64,000 nt of DNA from Candidatus Bathyarchaeota archaeon (lineage in GTDB: Archaea; Thermoproteota; Bathyarchaeia; Bathyarchaeales; Bathyarchaeaceae), in assembly GCA_030608565.1 (NCBI GenBank), contig JAUWDY010000003.1, positions 9,587 to 73,586 of the forward strand. Direction: 5' to 3'. The notes under the pieces were generated by a model that had not been told where the DNA came from, ran no database searches, and saw nothing but the letters and a program-made list of their open reading frames with translations. Made by a program: the position numbers and the translations under genes. Positions 52,727 to 63,022 of the stretch are shown here, piece by piece. Positions within the stretch are counted from its first letter, which is position 1, and each line of letters begins with the position of its first letter.

Positions 52727-53308
52727 TCATTTTCTTGAAACGGACTTATTGTTCTTTATGTAAAACCTCCATGGTTTGTCCGCACCACCCTTTATCCCGA
52801 TTCTTTTTGTGGACACAACCTCAAATTTCTCCTTCACCTTTGGTTCACAGATGAACAGTTCTTTGCTTCTCGTTAGGTCTAAACCGTTCTGCTTTTTTGT
52901 TATGTTCATGGCTTCCGTCAGTTTAGCTGGACCATTTGTCAGATTGAGCAGGTTTTTGTTTCCTCTATTTTTCCGCATGGTTTCTATTCCATTTAGTGGT
53001 TCTAAGGCTCTGATCAAAACCGCGCCTGGAGCATTTTGTCTCTCGGTTACCACGTTGAAGCAGTAATGCATTCCGTATGTGAAATAAACGTAGGCAAACC
53101 CGCCCTTTCCAAACATCAATCGGTTTCTCGGTGTCATCCCCCTGTATGCGTGACTACCTGGATCATCGCTGCCTCGGTAGGCTTCGACCTCAACAATCTT
53201 TCCCACGAGTCTAGTGTTATCGGTGTGTCTTACAAGCTTTTTTCCCAGCAACTCTTCTGCAACTGTAAGCGTTTCACGTATGTAGAATCTCCTAGGCAGA
53301 GGTTTCAT
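52727..53308 (-). CDS. mpg: 3-methyladenine DNA glycosylase (AAG/Mpg family)
   Basis: 193 aa. LLGKKLVR...IVEVEAYRGSDDPGSHAYRGMTPRNRLMFGKGGFAYVYFTYGMHYCFNVV is the Mpg signature. Confidence 0.85.
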   Translation of the reverse strand: MKPLPRRFYIRETLTVAEELLGKKLVRHTDNTRLVGKIVEVEAYRGSDDPGSHAYRGMTPRNRLMFGKGGFAYVYFTYGMHYCFNVVTERQNAPGAVLIRALEPLNGIETMRKNRGNKNLLNLTNGPAKLTEAMNITKKQNGLDLTRSKELFICEPKVKEKFEVVSTKRIGIKGGADKPWRFYIKNNKSVSRK

Positions 53309-53368
53309 CTCGTTTCACCAACAGATGAAAAGGTTAACATCTGGTGAGTCTGCGTATCGTTTTTGTTC

Positions 53369-54814
53369 CTATGTTTTCCGAGTTTTGATTCTCCATTTAA
53401 CTCCTTCAGGTGTGTCTTCAAATGTTACGTCTAGTTCGCGCAACTTTCTTCTGATTTCATCTGAAGTTTCATAATCTTCTTTGTCTCTGATTTTCTGTCT
53501 TAACTCGATGATGAAGCTCATCAGATCTCCAACTATTTTTTCATCGATTTTTTCTTTCTTTTCAGGAATAATCTGGAAGAAGTTGCCAAGCTTAACTATG
53601 GTTTCTTTTGCAGTTTCCAAATCTTCTTTTGAGTAAATATCCTCATCTATCTTTTTATTAACCAAAGAAATCAGTTGCCAGAAAGTAGCGAAAACATGAG
53701 GAGTGTTAATGTCGTCTTCCATGTGCTCTATGAATTGTTTCTCCAGTTCTAGAATATCTTTCACAAAAGTAGGTTTTTTCTTCGGTGGTCTCATCGATTT
53801 TTCTTCGATCAACTCTAGGACGTTTGAAATCTTTTCCACATTTTTTTCAGCATCTTCTATGTCCTTTTTGCTGTAGTCCAGAGGCTTCCGATAGTTTGCG
53901 GACGCCATCCACAGCCTCAAGGCCTCTGCTGAATGCTCTTCTAGCGCGTCTAAGAGTTTGATGTAGTTGCCTCTAGATTTACTCATCGGCTCTCCATTTA
54001 TTGTCAGTAGGCCGGTATGAACCCAGTATCGGACATACGGTTTTATTCCGGTAGTTCCTTCAGCTTGAGCAATCTCTGCTTCATGATGCGGGAAAGCGAG
54101 TTCAATAGCAGCTCCATGAATATCATATTGGGGACCAAAGTATTTGATTGCAATCGCTGTATCCTCAATGTGCCAGCCTGGATAGCCTAAGCCCCAAGGT
54201 GAAGGCCATTTGAGCGCATGTTCTTTGGGAGCTTTAATCCAGAGTGCGAAGTCTCTTGGGTTTTTCTTGTCGGGATTGATTTCAACTCTGGCTCCTGTCC
54301 TCAACTCTTTTGGGACTCTCTTGGAGAGTTTGCCGTAGTCTTTGAATTTGGAAACGTCGAAGTAGACCGAGCCGTTGGCTTCGTAGGCGTAACCATTCTT
54401 CAACAGAGCCTTAACTTGTTCTATTATCTCTATCAGGTGGCCTGTTGCTCGGGCTAGTATGTTTGGCCGTTCTAACTTCAGTTTGTCCGCTGCCTCCAAG
54501 TGCTTCCTCATATAGAAGTCAACAACTTCCATCGGGTCTTTTTTTTCTTCAGTGGCTTTCTTGATTACTCTATCTTCTCCAGTATCCTCTCTTAGATGAC
54601 CGACATCTGTGATGTTTTGAATATAGTAGACTTTGTATCCGAGGGATTTCAGGAATCTTATCAATACGTCATAGAATGCGTAGGTTCTTCCATGGCCTAG
54701 GTGCATGTAATCGTAGTCTGTCATTCCGCAGACAAAAATCTTCACTCTACCTTTTTCTAAAGGCTTGAAAACTTCTTTCTTGCCGCTCATTGTATTAGTA
54801 AGTTTTAGCACCAT
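53369..54814 (-). CDS. cysS: Cysteinyl-tRNA synthetase
   Basis: 481 aa with the HIGH-type HLGHGRTY and the KMSKS-type PMSKSRGN. Confidence 0.9.
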   Translation of the reverse strand: MVLKLTNTMSGKKEVFKPLEKGRVKIFVCGMTDYDYMHLGHGRTYAFYDVLIRFLKSLGYKVYYIQNITDVGHLREDTGEDRVIKKATEEKKDPMEVVDFYMRKHLEAADKLKLERPNILARATGHLIEIIEQVKALLKNGYAYEANGSVYFDVSKFKDYGKLSKRVPKELRTGARVEINPDKKNPRDFALWIKAPKEHALKWPSPWGLGYPGWHIEDTAIAIKYFGPQYDIHGAAIELAFPHHEAEIAQAEGTTGIKPYVRYWVHTGLLTINGEPMSKSRGNYIKLLDALEEHSAEALRLWMASANYRKPLDYSKKDIEDAEKNVEKISNVLELIEEKSMRPPKKKPTFVKDILELEKQFIEHMEDDINTPHVFATFWQLISLVNKKIDEDIYSKEDLETAKETIVKLGNFFQIIPEKKEKIDEKIVGDLMSFIIELRQKIRDKEDYETSDEIRRKLRELDVTFEDTPEGVKWRIKTRKT

Positions 54815-54932
54815 TGATGTTTCACACTTCTGTTAGAGAATTGAGGGAGCATAATCCTTCTGGGTCAAACCCCGCCTCTACTCTCTTCATTTTTGCACAG
54901 CAAAGTATAGACATTCCCATACCTGCGCATGT

Positions 54933-56753
54933 CTAAATCAATTTCGTAGCCCTTTTTAGATCGTCTATCATTCCCTTAATAATGTTAAATCCACCCTGCC
55001 AAAACTTCTCTGAACGTATGTCTACACCTACTTCAGTGAGTACCTTTTCTGGACTTTCAGAACCACCGTATGAAAGTAGTTTTATGTATTTTGGTTTGAA
55101 CGATTCTCCCTCTTCCTTGAACTTATTATAGAGCCCTAGTGTAACCAAATTCCCAAAACTGTACGTCCAACAATAGAAGGGGTACCGGTAGATATGGGGA
55201 ATAGTTATCCATTCCCACTTGAATTCCTTTGGCACATGAACAGCATTACCAAATTGCTTTTTCAAACCTGAAAAGTATAAATCCGCTAATTTGTCCACTG
55301 TGGCACCTTTATCAACAGCGCCGTGAGCATCCTTCTCAAACATCGTAAAGTAGGCCTGCCGTGGTATGGTCGCGTATAGGTCACTCAGGATCAACACAAG
55401 CAAATCTTGTTTAACTTGAGGGTCCTTCTCTTCCTCCATCAGCTTCTCTGAAAGAATCAGTTCTCCGAAAATGGATGCTATCTCTGCAAGAGGTGTGTGC
55501 GAATGGTATGTTAGTTGGGAGTGGTGTGATGCCAACATTGTGTGGAGAGAATGTCCTACTTCGTGTCCAATCGACATAACATGGCTTATACTGCCAGCAT
55601 AATTTATGAGGACATATGGTATAATTTTTGGTGTAATGCTCATGCAGTAAGCTCCAGACATTTTTCCTTTTCGTATCTCGGAATCTATATGGTCTTGTTC
55701 AAATACTCTTCTTGCTAATTCTCCAAGCCGTGGATGAAAGGAATTGTAAGCGTCAAGAACCATGTTAACAGCATCTGAATATTGAATCTTTTTTTCGGAT
55801 TTTTTTAGTGGGGCGTAAATGTGATATCTACTCATCTGTTTCATTTTTAGAAGTCTTGCTTTTAAGGAAAAGAACTTCTGAAAAATTTCGGAATTTTCTT
55901 TACACACTGATAAAAGTGTATCAACCGCTTCATCTGGTACATCGTTTGCCAAATTGAATACGGATATAGGAGACGAATAATGTCGTGTCTTAATGTATTC
56001 ATTTCTCCAGTCTCTTACTAGTGCTTGGTAAATTTCTCCTAAAACATCTTTACGGGGAATGAATTCCTTGTAAAGCGCCTTGTATGCAGCTTCTCTTCGC
56101 TTTGCATCCGGCCCAAATACCAGTCTCACAAGTTCACCATATGCGAATTTCTGGGTTTTTCCTCTTTCATCTTTAAGTGTTTTACCATCAACCCATATTG
56201 TAAACTCAAAAGCATTTGCGATCTGTTCGTATAGCTGGATCATTGCCAAACGACCAGTAGTGTTTTTAGTATTGATCGCCTGCTCTACTGCTTCGTCCAA
56301 AACGTGAGGCTTCAGTTTTCTCAATTTCTTTACGTAATAAACATAATCCTCGTTGATATTTGCCGTCAAACGATTAGCTGTTTTATCATCAAGTTTTGTC
56401 AACCAAAGGTTAAAGAAAACGGTTCTGTTTGATACATCTGCATCGAGTTCATCCATTCTACTTTTGAAGGCCCTCGCCTCCTGAGAGGCCGTGTCTTGTG
56501 AAAAATACATGTATGCATAGCACTCAAAACGAGCATCGTTCTTTCTGATTTTTTCGTACAATTTTAAAGCCTTGAGTAGATCGTTTGTAGAAATTTTGGG
56601 AGAAAGCTTTTGTTTTAGGTGTTCAAACCGTTTCAAGTCGCTTTTGAGTTTTTCTAATTCAGTATCAAACTCGGGTCCAGAATGTGATGGAAGTACGTCC
56701 TTTAGATTCCAAGTTTGTTGTTGGAATTTCATCTTATCCGCCTCGTTGAACAT
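54933..56753 (-). CDS. pepF: M3B oligoendopeptidase F-like metallopeptidase
   Basis: 606 aa with the HEVGHSLH zinc motif. The overall PepF length is right. Confidence 0.8.
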   Translation of the reverse strand: MFNEADKMKFQQQTWNLKDVLPSHSGPEFDTELEKLKSDLKRFEHLKQKLSPKISTNDLLKALKLYEKIRKNDARFECYAYMYFSQDTASQEARAFKSRMDELDADVSNRTVFFNLWLTKLDDKTANRLTANINEDYVYYVKKLRKLKPHVLDEAVEQAINTKNTTGRLAMIQLYEQIANAFEFTIWVDGKTLKDERGKTQKFAYGELVRLVFGPDAKRREAAYKALYKEFIPRKDVLGEIYQALVRDWRNEYIKTRHYSSPISVFNLANDVPDEAVDTLLSVCKENSEIFQKFFSLKARLLKMKQMSRYHIYAPLKKSEKKIQYSDAVNMVLDAYNSFHPRLGELARRVFEQDHIDSEIRKGKMSGAYCMSITPKIIPYVLINYAGSISHVMSIGHEVGHSLHTMLASHHSQLTYHSHTPLAEIASIFGELILSEKLMEEEKDPQVKQDLLVLILSDLYATIPRQAYFTMFEKDAHGAVDKGATVDKLADLYFSGLKKQFGNAVHVPKEFKWEWITIPHIYRYPFYCWTYSFGNLVTLGLYNKFKEEGESFKPKYIKLLSYGGSESPEKVLTEVGVDIRSEKFWQGGFNIIKGMIDDLKRATKLI

Positions 56754-56816
56754 TGAGGAATACAGATATTATTTGTTGTTTCTATATAAACATAGAAGTA
56801 ACTTTTATTACGTGTG

Positions 56817-56893
56817 TGGAGCCGAGGAGGGGATTTGAACCCCTATTAAATGGCTCTGCAGGCCATCACATTACCGGACTCTGTCACCTCGGC
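56817..56893 (-). tRNA. tRNA-Cys (anticodon GCA), CCA encoded
   Basis: Minus-strand GCCGAGG-TG-ACAGAGTCCGGTAATGTG-A-TGGCC/CTGCAGA/GCCAT-TTAAT-AGGGG/TTCAAAT/CCCCT-CCTCGGC-T-CCA. It has a 7-bp acceptor stem, a 5-bp anticodon stem, U33, anticodon GCA, a T-arm GGGG/CCCC and discriminator U73. Confidence 0.85.
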
Positions 56894-56990
56894 TTACAAG
56901 CCGCGTAATAGTGTAAAATCTCTTTGAGATAAACAATTCTCTTAATCACACAAATATGAAAGTTAACAAACTGTCACAATGATTATTGAC

Positions 56991-57548
56991 TTATGCTTTG
57001 AACCACTTGAAGATTAAGTATCGTATATGCTCTATTTCCAAATCAGGTATAGCCATAATAAAACGTTTCCTCACGGTTGTAGCAAGTCTTCCAGCTTTCA
57101 CAATATCGGTTGCCGTAACCTCATCTTTTGCTTTCTTCACCGAAATCATGTAAGGCGCATGATCGACACCTGGCCCTTGCTTGTATACGGCGAAGTCGCA
57201 CCCGTACTTGATGCCTGGCGTGACGAAGAGTCCTCGGTCGCGCATGTCTCGATACACCGCGTACTTCAGGTCGAACTCTTCATAGAGTGTTTTGGCCCTC
57301 GCCCGCAGTTTCTTGAAGCTGACTTTGACTCCTTTCGGTCCTTCAGAAACGGTGATCATCCCCTTTTCCATTAGATAGACTCCTTCCATAAGGTCGAGAA
57401 TCAGAGGAACATCAAAGTCCATATTTTTGGGCTTGGGGATACCTATGGGCTTGCCGTAAAAGCCACGACGGTAGAGTTCAGAGCCCTTCTCCGGGGTCCA
57501 CACCACCAGAAAGTTTTCAACAAACTCCGTTTCGATTTTCTCAGACAT
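56991..57548 (-). CDS. endA: tRNA-splicing endonuclease (short, homotetramer-type length)
   Basis: About 185 aa from MSEKIE (57548; the ORF is open to 57602). YRDMRDRGLFVTPGIKYGCDFAVYKQGPGVDHAPYMISV is the EndA catalytic domain. Confidence 0.85.
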   Translation of the reverse strand: MSEKIETEFVENFLVVWTPEKGSELYRRGFYGKPIGIPKPKNMDFDVPLILDLMEGVYLMEKGMITVSEGPKGVKVSFKKLRARAKTLYEEFDLKYAVYRDMRDRGLFVTPGIKYGCDFAVYKQGPGVDHAPYMISVKKAKDEVTATDIVKAGRLATTVRKRFIMAIPDLEIEHIRYLIFKWFKA

Positions 57549-57570
57549 TCCAATTCCGTTCCAGTTTCTT

Positions 57571-58230
57571 TTAGATGGTGAAGGACAAAATGCGAGCAAC
57601 ATCAGAAGCGTCTTCAGCCTTGTCCGCTGCGTCTTCTAGAAGTTGAGTTACGTCTCTTAAAAGAATTAGCACAGGAAATTCAGTTTGGCTGGTGATGATT
57701 TCTAACTCAAGCGCTCGATAGAGATCGTCGACGACGTGTTCAGCAGTCTCAACTTCCCTAGCTTTCTCAAGAGTCTTCGTTGAACCGTAGCTCAGTGTCA
57801 TGGCGGTTTCCCGAAGCTTTGAGACGGTTTCAAACACTCCATCCGAAAGCTTCATCAACCCCTTTTTAACCTTTGGAGGCACCTTCCACCCTCTCTCCAT
57901 GATCTCCAGCAGTCGAAACCCAATGCCCTCAGAAAAGTCTGCGATCTCACTTGTAAGGTTGGTGAAGCGGAGAAAGTCTTCTCGACTCATCAGAATGGCC
58001 CCTATCTCGGCAAGTTCTCGTGAAACCATACGCCTTGCTCCGTCTACCTCCTCTCTCGACTTTTTGATCTCTGTGAACAAGATTCGAGCCGACTTTTTGT
58101 CTTCCTTTACAAAGCAATCAACCATCTGTGAAACCTTACGAGAGACTTCCGTCACTTTTCTTAAATGATCTCGGCAAACGTTGAGAGCTCTTCGTTTCAC
58201 TCGTTCTTCTGTTTCCACCGGGAAAACCAC
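57571..58230 (-). CDS. DUF47/PhoU-like helical protein
   Basis: 219 aa, all-helical, with two repeats. The C-terminal LLRDVTQLLEDAADKAEDASDVARIL resembles TIGR00153/DUF47. Confidence 0.55.
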   Translation of the reverse strand: MVFPVETEERVKRRALNVCRDHLRKVTEVSRKVSQMVDCFVKEDKKSARILFTEIKKSREEVDGARRMVSRELAEIGAILMSREDFLRFTNLTSEIADFSEGIGFRLLEIMERGWKVPPKVKKGLMKLSDGVFETVSKLRETAMTLSYGSTKTLEKAREVETAEHVVDDLYRALELEIITSQTEFPVLILLRDVTQLLEDAADKAEDASDVARILSFTI

Positions 58231-58315
58231 TGCTTCCGCCTCTCAAAAGTCTTCATCGACACTCGACATATGATATGCGAAAGCCTTAAAAAATGTAGCG
58301 AAAGAAATGAAGAAA

Positions 58316-60088
58316 TTAACTTTTGATCAGTTGCCCCAAGTCTCTAAATTCTACTTTATAACGGAAAAAAGCATGAAGCAGCCTAGGAAGCCCCTTAATC
58401 TTACTTCTAACCTGTTTCCATGTGTCGCGGTCACGAATAGTCACCGTATCGTCCTTCAACGTCTGATAATCAATAGTTATTCCCAGAGGGGTACCTACCT
58501 CATCGGCTCTTGCATATCGTCTTCCAATGGAACCTGATTCATCATAATCCACGTTAAAACCTTCATCGATCAGCATCTCATACACTTGCTTTGTCTTTTC
58601 AGGCAAGCCGTCCTTGCTCACCAATGGAAAAACACCCATCTCTATGGGCGCGAGTTCTCGTGGAAAACTTAACACCACTCGATCTTCCTTCATTTTGTAA
58701 GCGTATTCCAAAGCGATGTAGACCATTCGATCCGATCCAAAGCTTGGCTCAATCACGTGAGGAATAAAATGCTTGCCCCTTTCCTCAACCTCTTTACGGA
58801 TAATTTCAACATGTTCTGGCAAAACTTTGAAACGCCCTGCCATGTAGAAACCTTGTTTCTTGAACCTTGTCTTAACTACCTTCGGATTTGCGTTAGAAAT
58901 CAATCTGACAACTTCTGAAGCTGTGTCTTTGAAGGCTGGACCAATCTTAGACAGGATAGGGCTTACAACTGCCTCTTCTCTCTCAACCAGCTTTTCGTGT
59001 TCCTTAAAGGCTCTCATGTCGACGCCGCTGAATTCCATGTGCTGCTTCAAGTCATAGTTTGTTCGATAATTGTGGCCTGAGACCTCTACCCAACCCCATC
59101 GTTCCAGAAATATTTCCTGATCGAACCCTTGCACAGAATAATGTGCTCTCTCCCAGTCCAGTTTTTCGATGAAGCGTTGCTTGTCCTCAGGAACGCCTAG
59201 TTTCATCAAGAAGTGTTTAGACAAGGCCATGAAAAACGCCTGCCACTCTGCCTTTATAAGTCCCTTATTCAAAGCTTCCTTAACTGTGACTTCGACTGGC
59301 TCTTTTATGCCTTTCAGCTTATTTTCCGCCAGTATCAACCGTAAAGATTCGTTTTCCACATCTTTTAACAACGGGCAACGTGGGTCTTCGGGGTCAAAAA
59401 AGAATTCGATGTCTATGATGGTGAACTCCCGCAGTCTTATTGGGCCCTGCCTCGGCGAAATCTCATTTCTCAGCGCGTGACCAATCTGAACAACCCCGAA
59501 TGGAAGCTTTCCTCGAGCACACTCATAAAGACGCTTAAATTCAACGAAAATGCCCTGAGCAGCCTCAGGACGACCGTAACCAACTGCCCCAGAATAAGGC
59601 CCAATGGTGGTGGTGAACATCGTTAAGAACTGCTTTGATTCACCGAAGTCGCCGCCACACTCGGGACACTTAATGTTGCGCTTGTTAATTTCATTTGCCA
59701 ACTCTTGAAGACTAAGTTTTTCCGTTTCCGTGTCGCTCATCCCTGCAAACTCTTGCAGTACGTGATCAACTCGAAACCTTCGTTTGCACTTGCTACACTC
59801 AATCATAGGCTCCTTGAAATGATTCACATGGCCAGACGCTTCAAACACCTTACCAGGCATAATCACCGACGATTCGATTTCGTAAAGGCCAAAGGGACGA
59901 ATGAAGAAACCACGAAACTTGTCTTCGATCTTTCTTTTTAGTACGGAGCCCAGCGGACCAAACGTCATGAAGCCGCTTACCCCACCGTAGATTTCGCAGG
60001 AAGGCCAGAAAAAGCCTCGACGCTTTGCCAGTTCACTGATCTTTTCAAACTTGTCTTGGGCTTGCATACGCTGTTCACTTCTATTCAT
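58316..60088 (-). CDS. glyS: Glycyl-tRNA synthetase (archaeal/eukaryotic alpha2 type)
   Basis: 590 aa. GFFWPSCEIYGGVSGFMTFGPLG, FRNEISPRQGPIRLREF and SFGSDRMVY are class II GlyRS motifs. Confidence 0.9.
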   Translation of the reverse strand: MNRSEQRMQAQDKFEKISELAKRRGFFWPSCEIYGGVSGFMTFGPLGSVLKRKIEDKFRGFFIRPFGLYEIESSVIMPGKVFEASGHVNHFKEPMIECSKCKRRFRVDHVLQEFAGMSDTETEKLSLQELANEINKRNIKCPECGGDFGESKQFLTMFTTTIGPYSGAVGYGRPEAAQGIFVEFKRLYECARGKLPFGVVQIGHALRNEISPRQGPIRLREFTIIDIEFFFDPEDPRCPLLKDVENESLRLILAENKLKGIKEPVEVTVKEALNKGLIKAEWQAFFMALSKHFLMKLGVPEDKQRFIEKLDWERAHYSVQGFDQEIFLERWGWVEVSGHNYRTNYDLKQHMEFSGVDMRAFKEHEKLVEREEAVVSPILSKIGPAFKDTASEVVRLISNANPKVVKTRFKKQGFYMAGRFKVLPEHVEIIRKEVEERGKHFIPHVIEPSFGSDRMVYIALEYAYKMKEDRVVLSFPRELAPIEMGVFPLVSKDGLPEKTKQVYEMLIDEGFNVDYDESGSIGRRYARADEVGTPLGITIDYQTLKDDTVTIRDRDTWKQVRSKIKGLPRLLHAFFRYKVEFRDLGQLIKS

Positions 60089-60231
60089 GTACCTTTTTAT
60101 GAACCACTAGTGTGCTAGTTAATAATAAAGCAAACGTTTTCACTACACGCTGAGACAATTATCTACACACATAAGAGAAGAAGACAACAGCGTTATGCCT
60201 TTCTGCGTTTATAGTCACAGTTACGTTTCTG

Positions 60232-61122
60232 TTACATGGTGCCAGCATTCTTCAGAGCGTCCAAGACCAAAAACGTTCCAGTCTCCTGCTCTTTTCTGCC
60301 CCAGCTTCCATTCTTATTCTGTCTCTTAACAACTGATGAAAACGCCTTTTTAAACTGCTTCTTTGCTAAAGCACGATTGGCTCTGGATAAAGCGTGAAAA
60401 GTATGGTAGAAAGGAAAACCCTTCCACGCTCCCGTTTTGGTCTGTCGCTTATCTAAATATTTCAAACCGCTCTCAACCTGTTTGGATTCTGTGCTTAACG
60501 GATGCTCAATTAGCATACGTAACACATTGATTGTGCACCATGCACCACACCAGTCGGGTCTCCAAAACTGAAGATATGATTTTACAGTTGTTTGAACTCG
60601 CTTGGTGTCGCCAAAACCGAAAATGTGGAATAAATGAATTGCATAGGTTGTTTGATAAAAAATCGTACAGCCTGGCCCAAATTCTCCATAAAATGTTGAG
60701 CGCATCACACGCGGGTCTTTTCTGTTGCTTGAATAGAAAAAACCCGGATAACCTCTATATTGGTGTCTCTGAATTGATAGAAGCCATTCTAACCCCTTCT
60801 TGACTCTTCCATCTTCCGCGTCATAGCCTAGAAGAGCAAGGTTCCAAAGATTGTTAGCGGTTCGAACAAATAGCTGGTCCCAACTTCCATCCGCAGACTG
60901 GTCGGCAACTGTTTTCGCATACAATTTTTTCTTTAAGGTTGTATCAGCTTTAGTTTCCTTTTCGAATATTTCTCTTCTAAGGTAAACGCCAATAGGTGAC
61001 TCTAGATTTGCAACGTAATTAAGCGGGTTGACCTTCAACTCATTTAACACGTTCATTTTTATAAAACCACGAACGGTAATTTTAGCCCCAAAAAACATAA
61101 AAGCCTTTCTAACACAAGACAA
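60232..61122 (-). CDS. Prenyltransferase/squalene-oxidase-repeat (alpha/alpha-toroid) protein
   Basis: It carries repeats of the Q..DGSW type (DQSADGSWDQ, RQTKTGAWKG, RQNKNGSWGR). The probable true start is MNVLNEL at 61056. Confidence 0.4.
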   Translation of the reverse strand: MSCVRKAFMFFGAKITVRGFIKMNVLNELKVNPLNYVANLESPIGVYLRREIFEKETKADTTLKKKLYAKTVADQSADGSWDQLFVRTANNLWNLALLGYDAEDGRVKKGLEWLLSIQRHQYRGYPGFFYSSNRKDPRVMRSTFYGEFGPGCTIFYQTTYAIHLFHIFGFGDTKRVQTTVKSYLQFWRPDWCGAWCTINVLRMLIEHPLSTESKQVESGLKYLDKRQTKTGAWKGFPFYHTFHALSRANRALAKKQFKKAFSSVVKRQNKNGSWGRKEQETGTFLVLDALKNAGTM

Positions 61123-61125
61123 AAA

Positions 61126-62255
61126 ATGTCAAAAAGAAAAAACTGCCTGCCAAAACATGTTCTTACGACTAAACAAGAGCGTGATCTCTTGAAAAAGCTA
61201 AGTCACCAAGATTTGATAAACCTAGTGGATGGCGCCGCCACATTTTCAGCTGGCGGTGGAGGAGACCCTGAAACGGGGTATACCATCGTAGATGGGCTTG
61301 CCGAAGGTGGCTATGAAGCAAATCTTATTGACCCCTCAGAAGTCCCCGACGACACAATCGTAATAAACTTTGCATGTGTCGTAGCGACCACCACAGTTGC
61401 ATATGATAGCAACGCTACAGCAAAGACGTTACAGTTATTGGAAGAGTATCTGGGGCGCAAAGCCTACGCGGTTATCCCGATAGAGCTTGGGGGCGCTAAC
61501 ACATTGATCGCCGTGGATGTGGCAGCAAGGCTGGGAATACCCATTGTAGATGCAGACGGAGCAGGAAGAGCAATTCCCGAGGTTCATCTGAAAGTTTACA
61601 CAATTGATGATATCCCTATAGCCCCCATGGCAGTGGCAGACGTCCACGCCCATAACCTAGTTTTGGTGAAGGAAACGTTAGATTTCAAGTCCGCGGAGAG
61701 AATCGCCCGGACACTCGCTACAGAGTGGGGGCAAATTGCTTACACCGCCCGAAGAGCACTGGTGGGAAAATGTGTGAAGACCTCTCCAATCTCACACACG
61801 CTCTCCAGATCGATGAGAATCGGAATGCTGCTGAGAAAGGCGGTGGACCCCATAAGGGCGGTTCTCAAGGAAACTAACGGTTTCAGACTCTTTGAGGGCG
61901 TTGTGGATAAAATTGAGAGAGACAAAGGCTGGCTTTACATGGACAAACATTGTGCTTAAAGGAAATCGAGAAAACAAGGGGTCAAAGTTTGAGTTTGAAG
62001 CAAAAACGAAGTTCTCGTTGCTTACAAGAACAATAAGCCAGTCGCCGTGGCGCCAGACATCATAACGCCCGTTCATCCTGAAACGGACAAATGCATCACC
62101 GCCGAGAAAATCAAAAGGCAGATAAGTTGGTTGTGCTGGGCATTCCTGCGCCGAAAAAATGGAGAACTGCTAAGGGATTAGAACTGTGGAGGGACACTCT
62201 GCAACGATCAGGTATACGGGAAACATATGTTTCAATTGAGCGACTTAATTGCTAA
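61126..62255 (+). pseudogene. DUF917-family protein with about 3 frameshifts in the C-terminal third
   Basis: The N-terminal 277 aa are intact (FSAGGGGDPETGY, IPIELGGANTLIAVDVAARLGIPIVDADGAGRAIPE). The rest is readable only by frame-hopping: GFTWTNIVLKGNRENKGSKFEFEAK / NEVLVAYKNNKPVAVAPDIITPVHPETDKCITAEKIK / ADKLVVLGIPAPKKWRTAKGLELW. Two of the shifts are at A runs. Confidence 0.7.
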
Positions 62256-62263
62256 TGATTGGT

Positions 62264-62842
62264 CTATTGCTTCTTGGCTACGCATATTAGCTTGTATTGT
62301 AAAGGTTGCAGAAGTTTCATTTTACCAAACGTTTTTTCGATGAGCCCCTTCAGTTCGCTTGGCGCGTAGTAGCACTTGTATACTTTGTACTCCTTCCTCT
62401 AGTTTCTCTGATCGGGGGTTACTTTTTTCCACCTTGTTGTCCCCTCCAGCAGCTATCAGAAATGAACAGCCAACCGTCTGGTTTCACAACCCTGCTAACC
62501 TCTTCATTAATCGGATATCTCTGAAAACAGGGATGTGGCGAGCATCCAGTTCAAAGTAGCGCCGTCAAAAACCTCATTTCTGAATGGGCGACTGAAATCA
62601 TCAGATGATTCTGGGGAAATTTTGGATTCGAGCCCAAATTTTTTGGTTCTCACAGCGAATCTTTGAAGCATGCTCAATAAATTGTCTACGCTAGCTACAC
62701 ATGCGCCTTTTTCCACCAGCAAGGCTGACCATGCTCTAACTTCACAACCAACGTCGATAACCTCTTCTCTGTGTGGCTAATTCTCGTAGAGCTTTGCATA
62801 ATTCCTAGAGAACTCATCGTAATATTCCCTAGTTGATTTCAC
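62264..62842 (-). pseudogene. Decayed class I SAM-dependent methyltransferase
   Basis: KSTREYYDEFSRNYAKLYEN is followed by an in-frame TAG, then EEVIDVGCEVRAWSALLVEKGACVASVD, in which the GxGxG loop is lost. Frameshifts follow, before INEEVSRVVKPDGWLFISD and YKCYYAPSELKGLIEKTF. Confidence 0.6.
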
Positions 62843-63022
62843 GAAACCAAGATACGCCGACAAGCCGATACAGGAAAAAAGGGTTGACTTCGGCTGTGGG
62901 CAGAGGACCGCTGGAAGATCCAGACTGGGCGATTAAAGCCATCAAGTGCGTGCGCAGTCGGTAATATTAATGTTGATGTCACTAAACCTTACGATTCAAT
63001 ACATTATATTGGAAATCGGTCT

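Noticed and set aside
60095-60125. Short palindrome ACTAG-TGTG-CTAGT upstream of glyS
   Set aside because: The arms are only 5 bp, which is expected by chance in AT-rich spacers.
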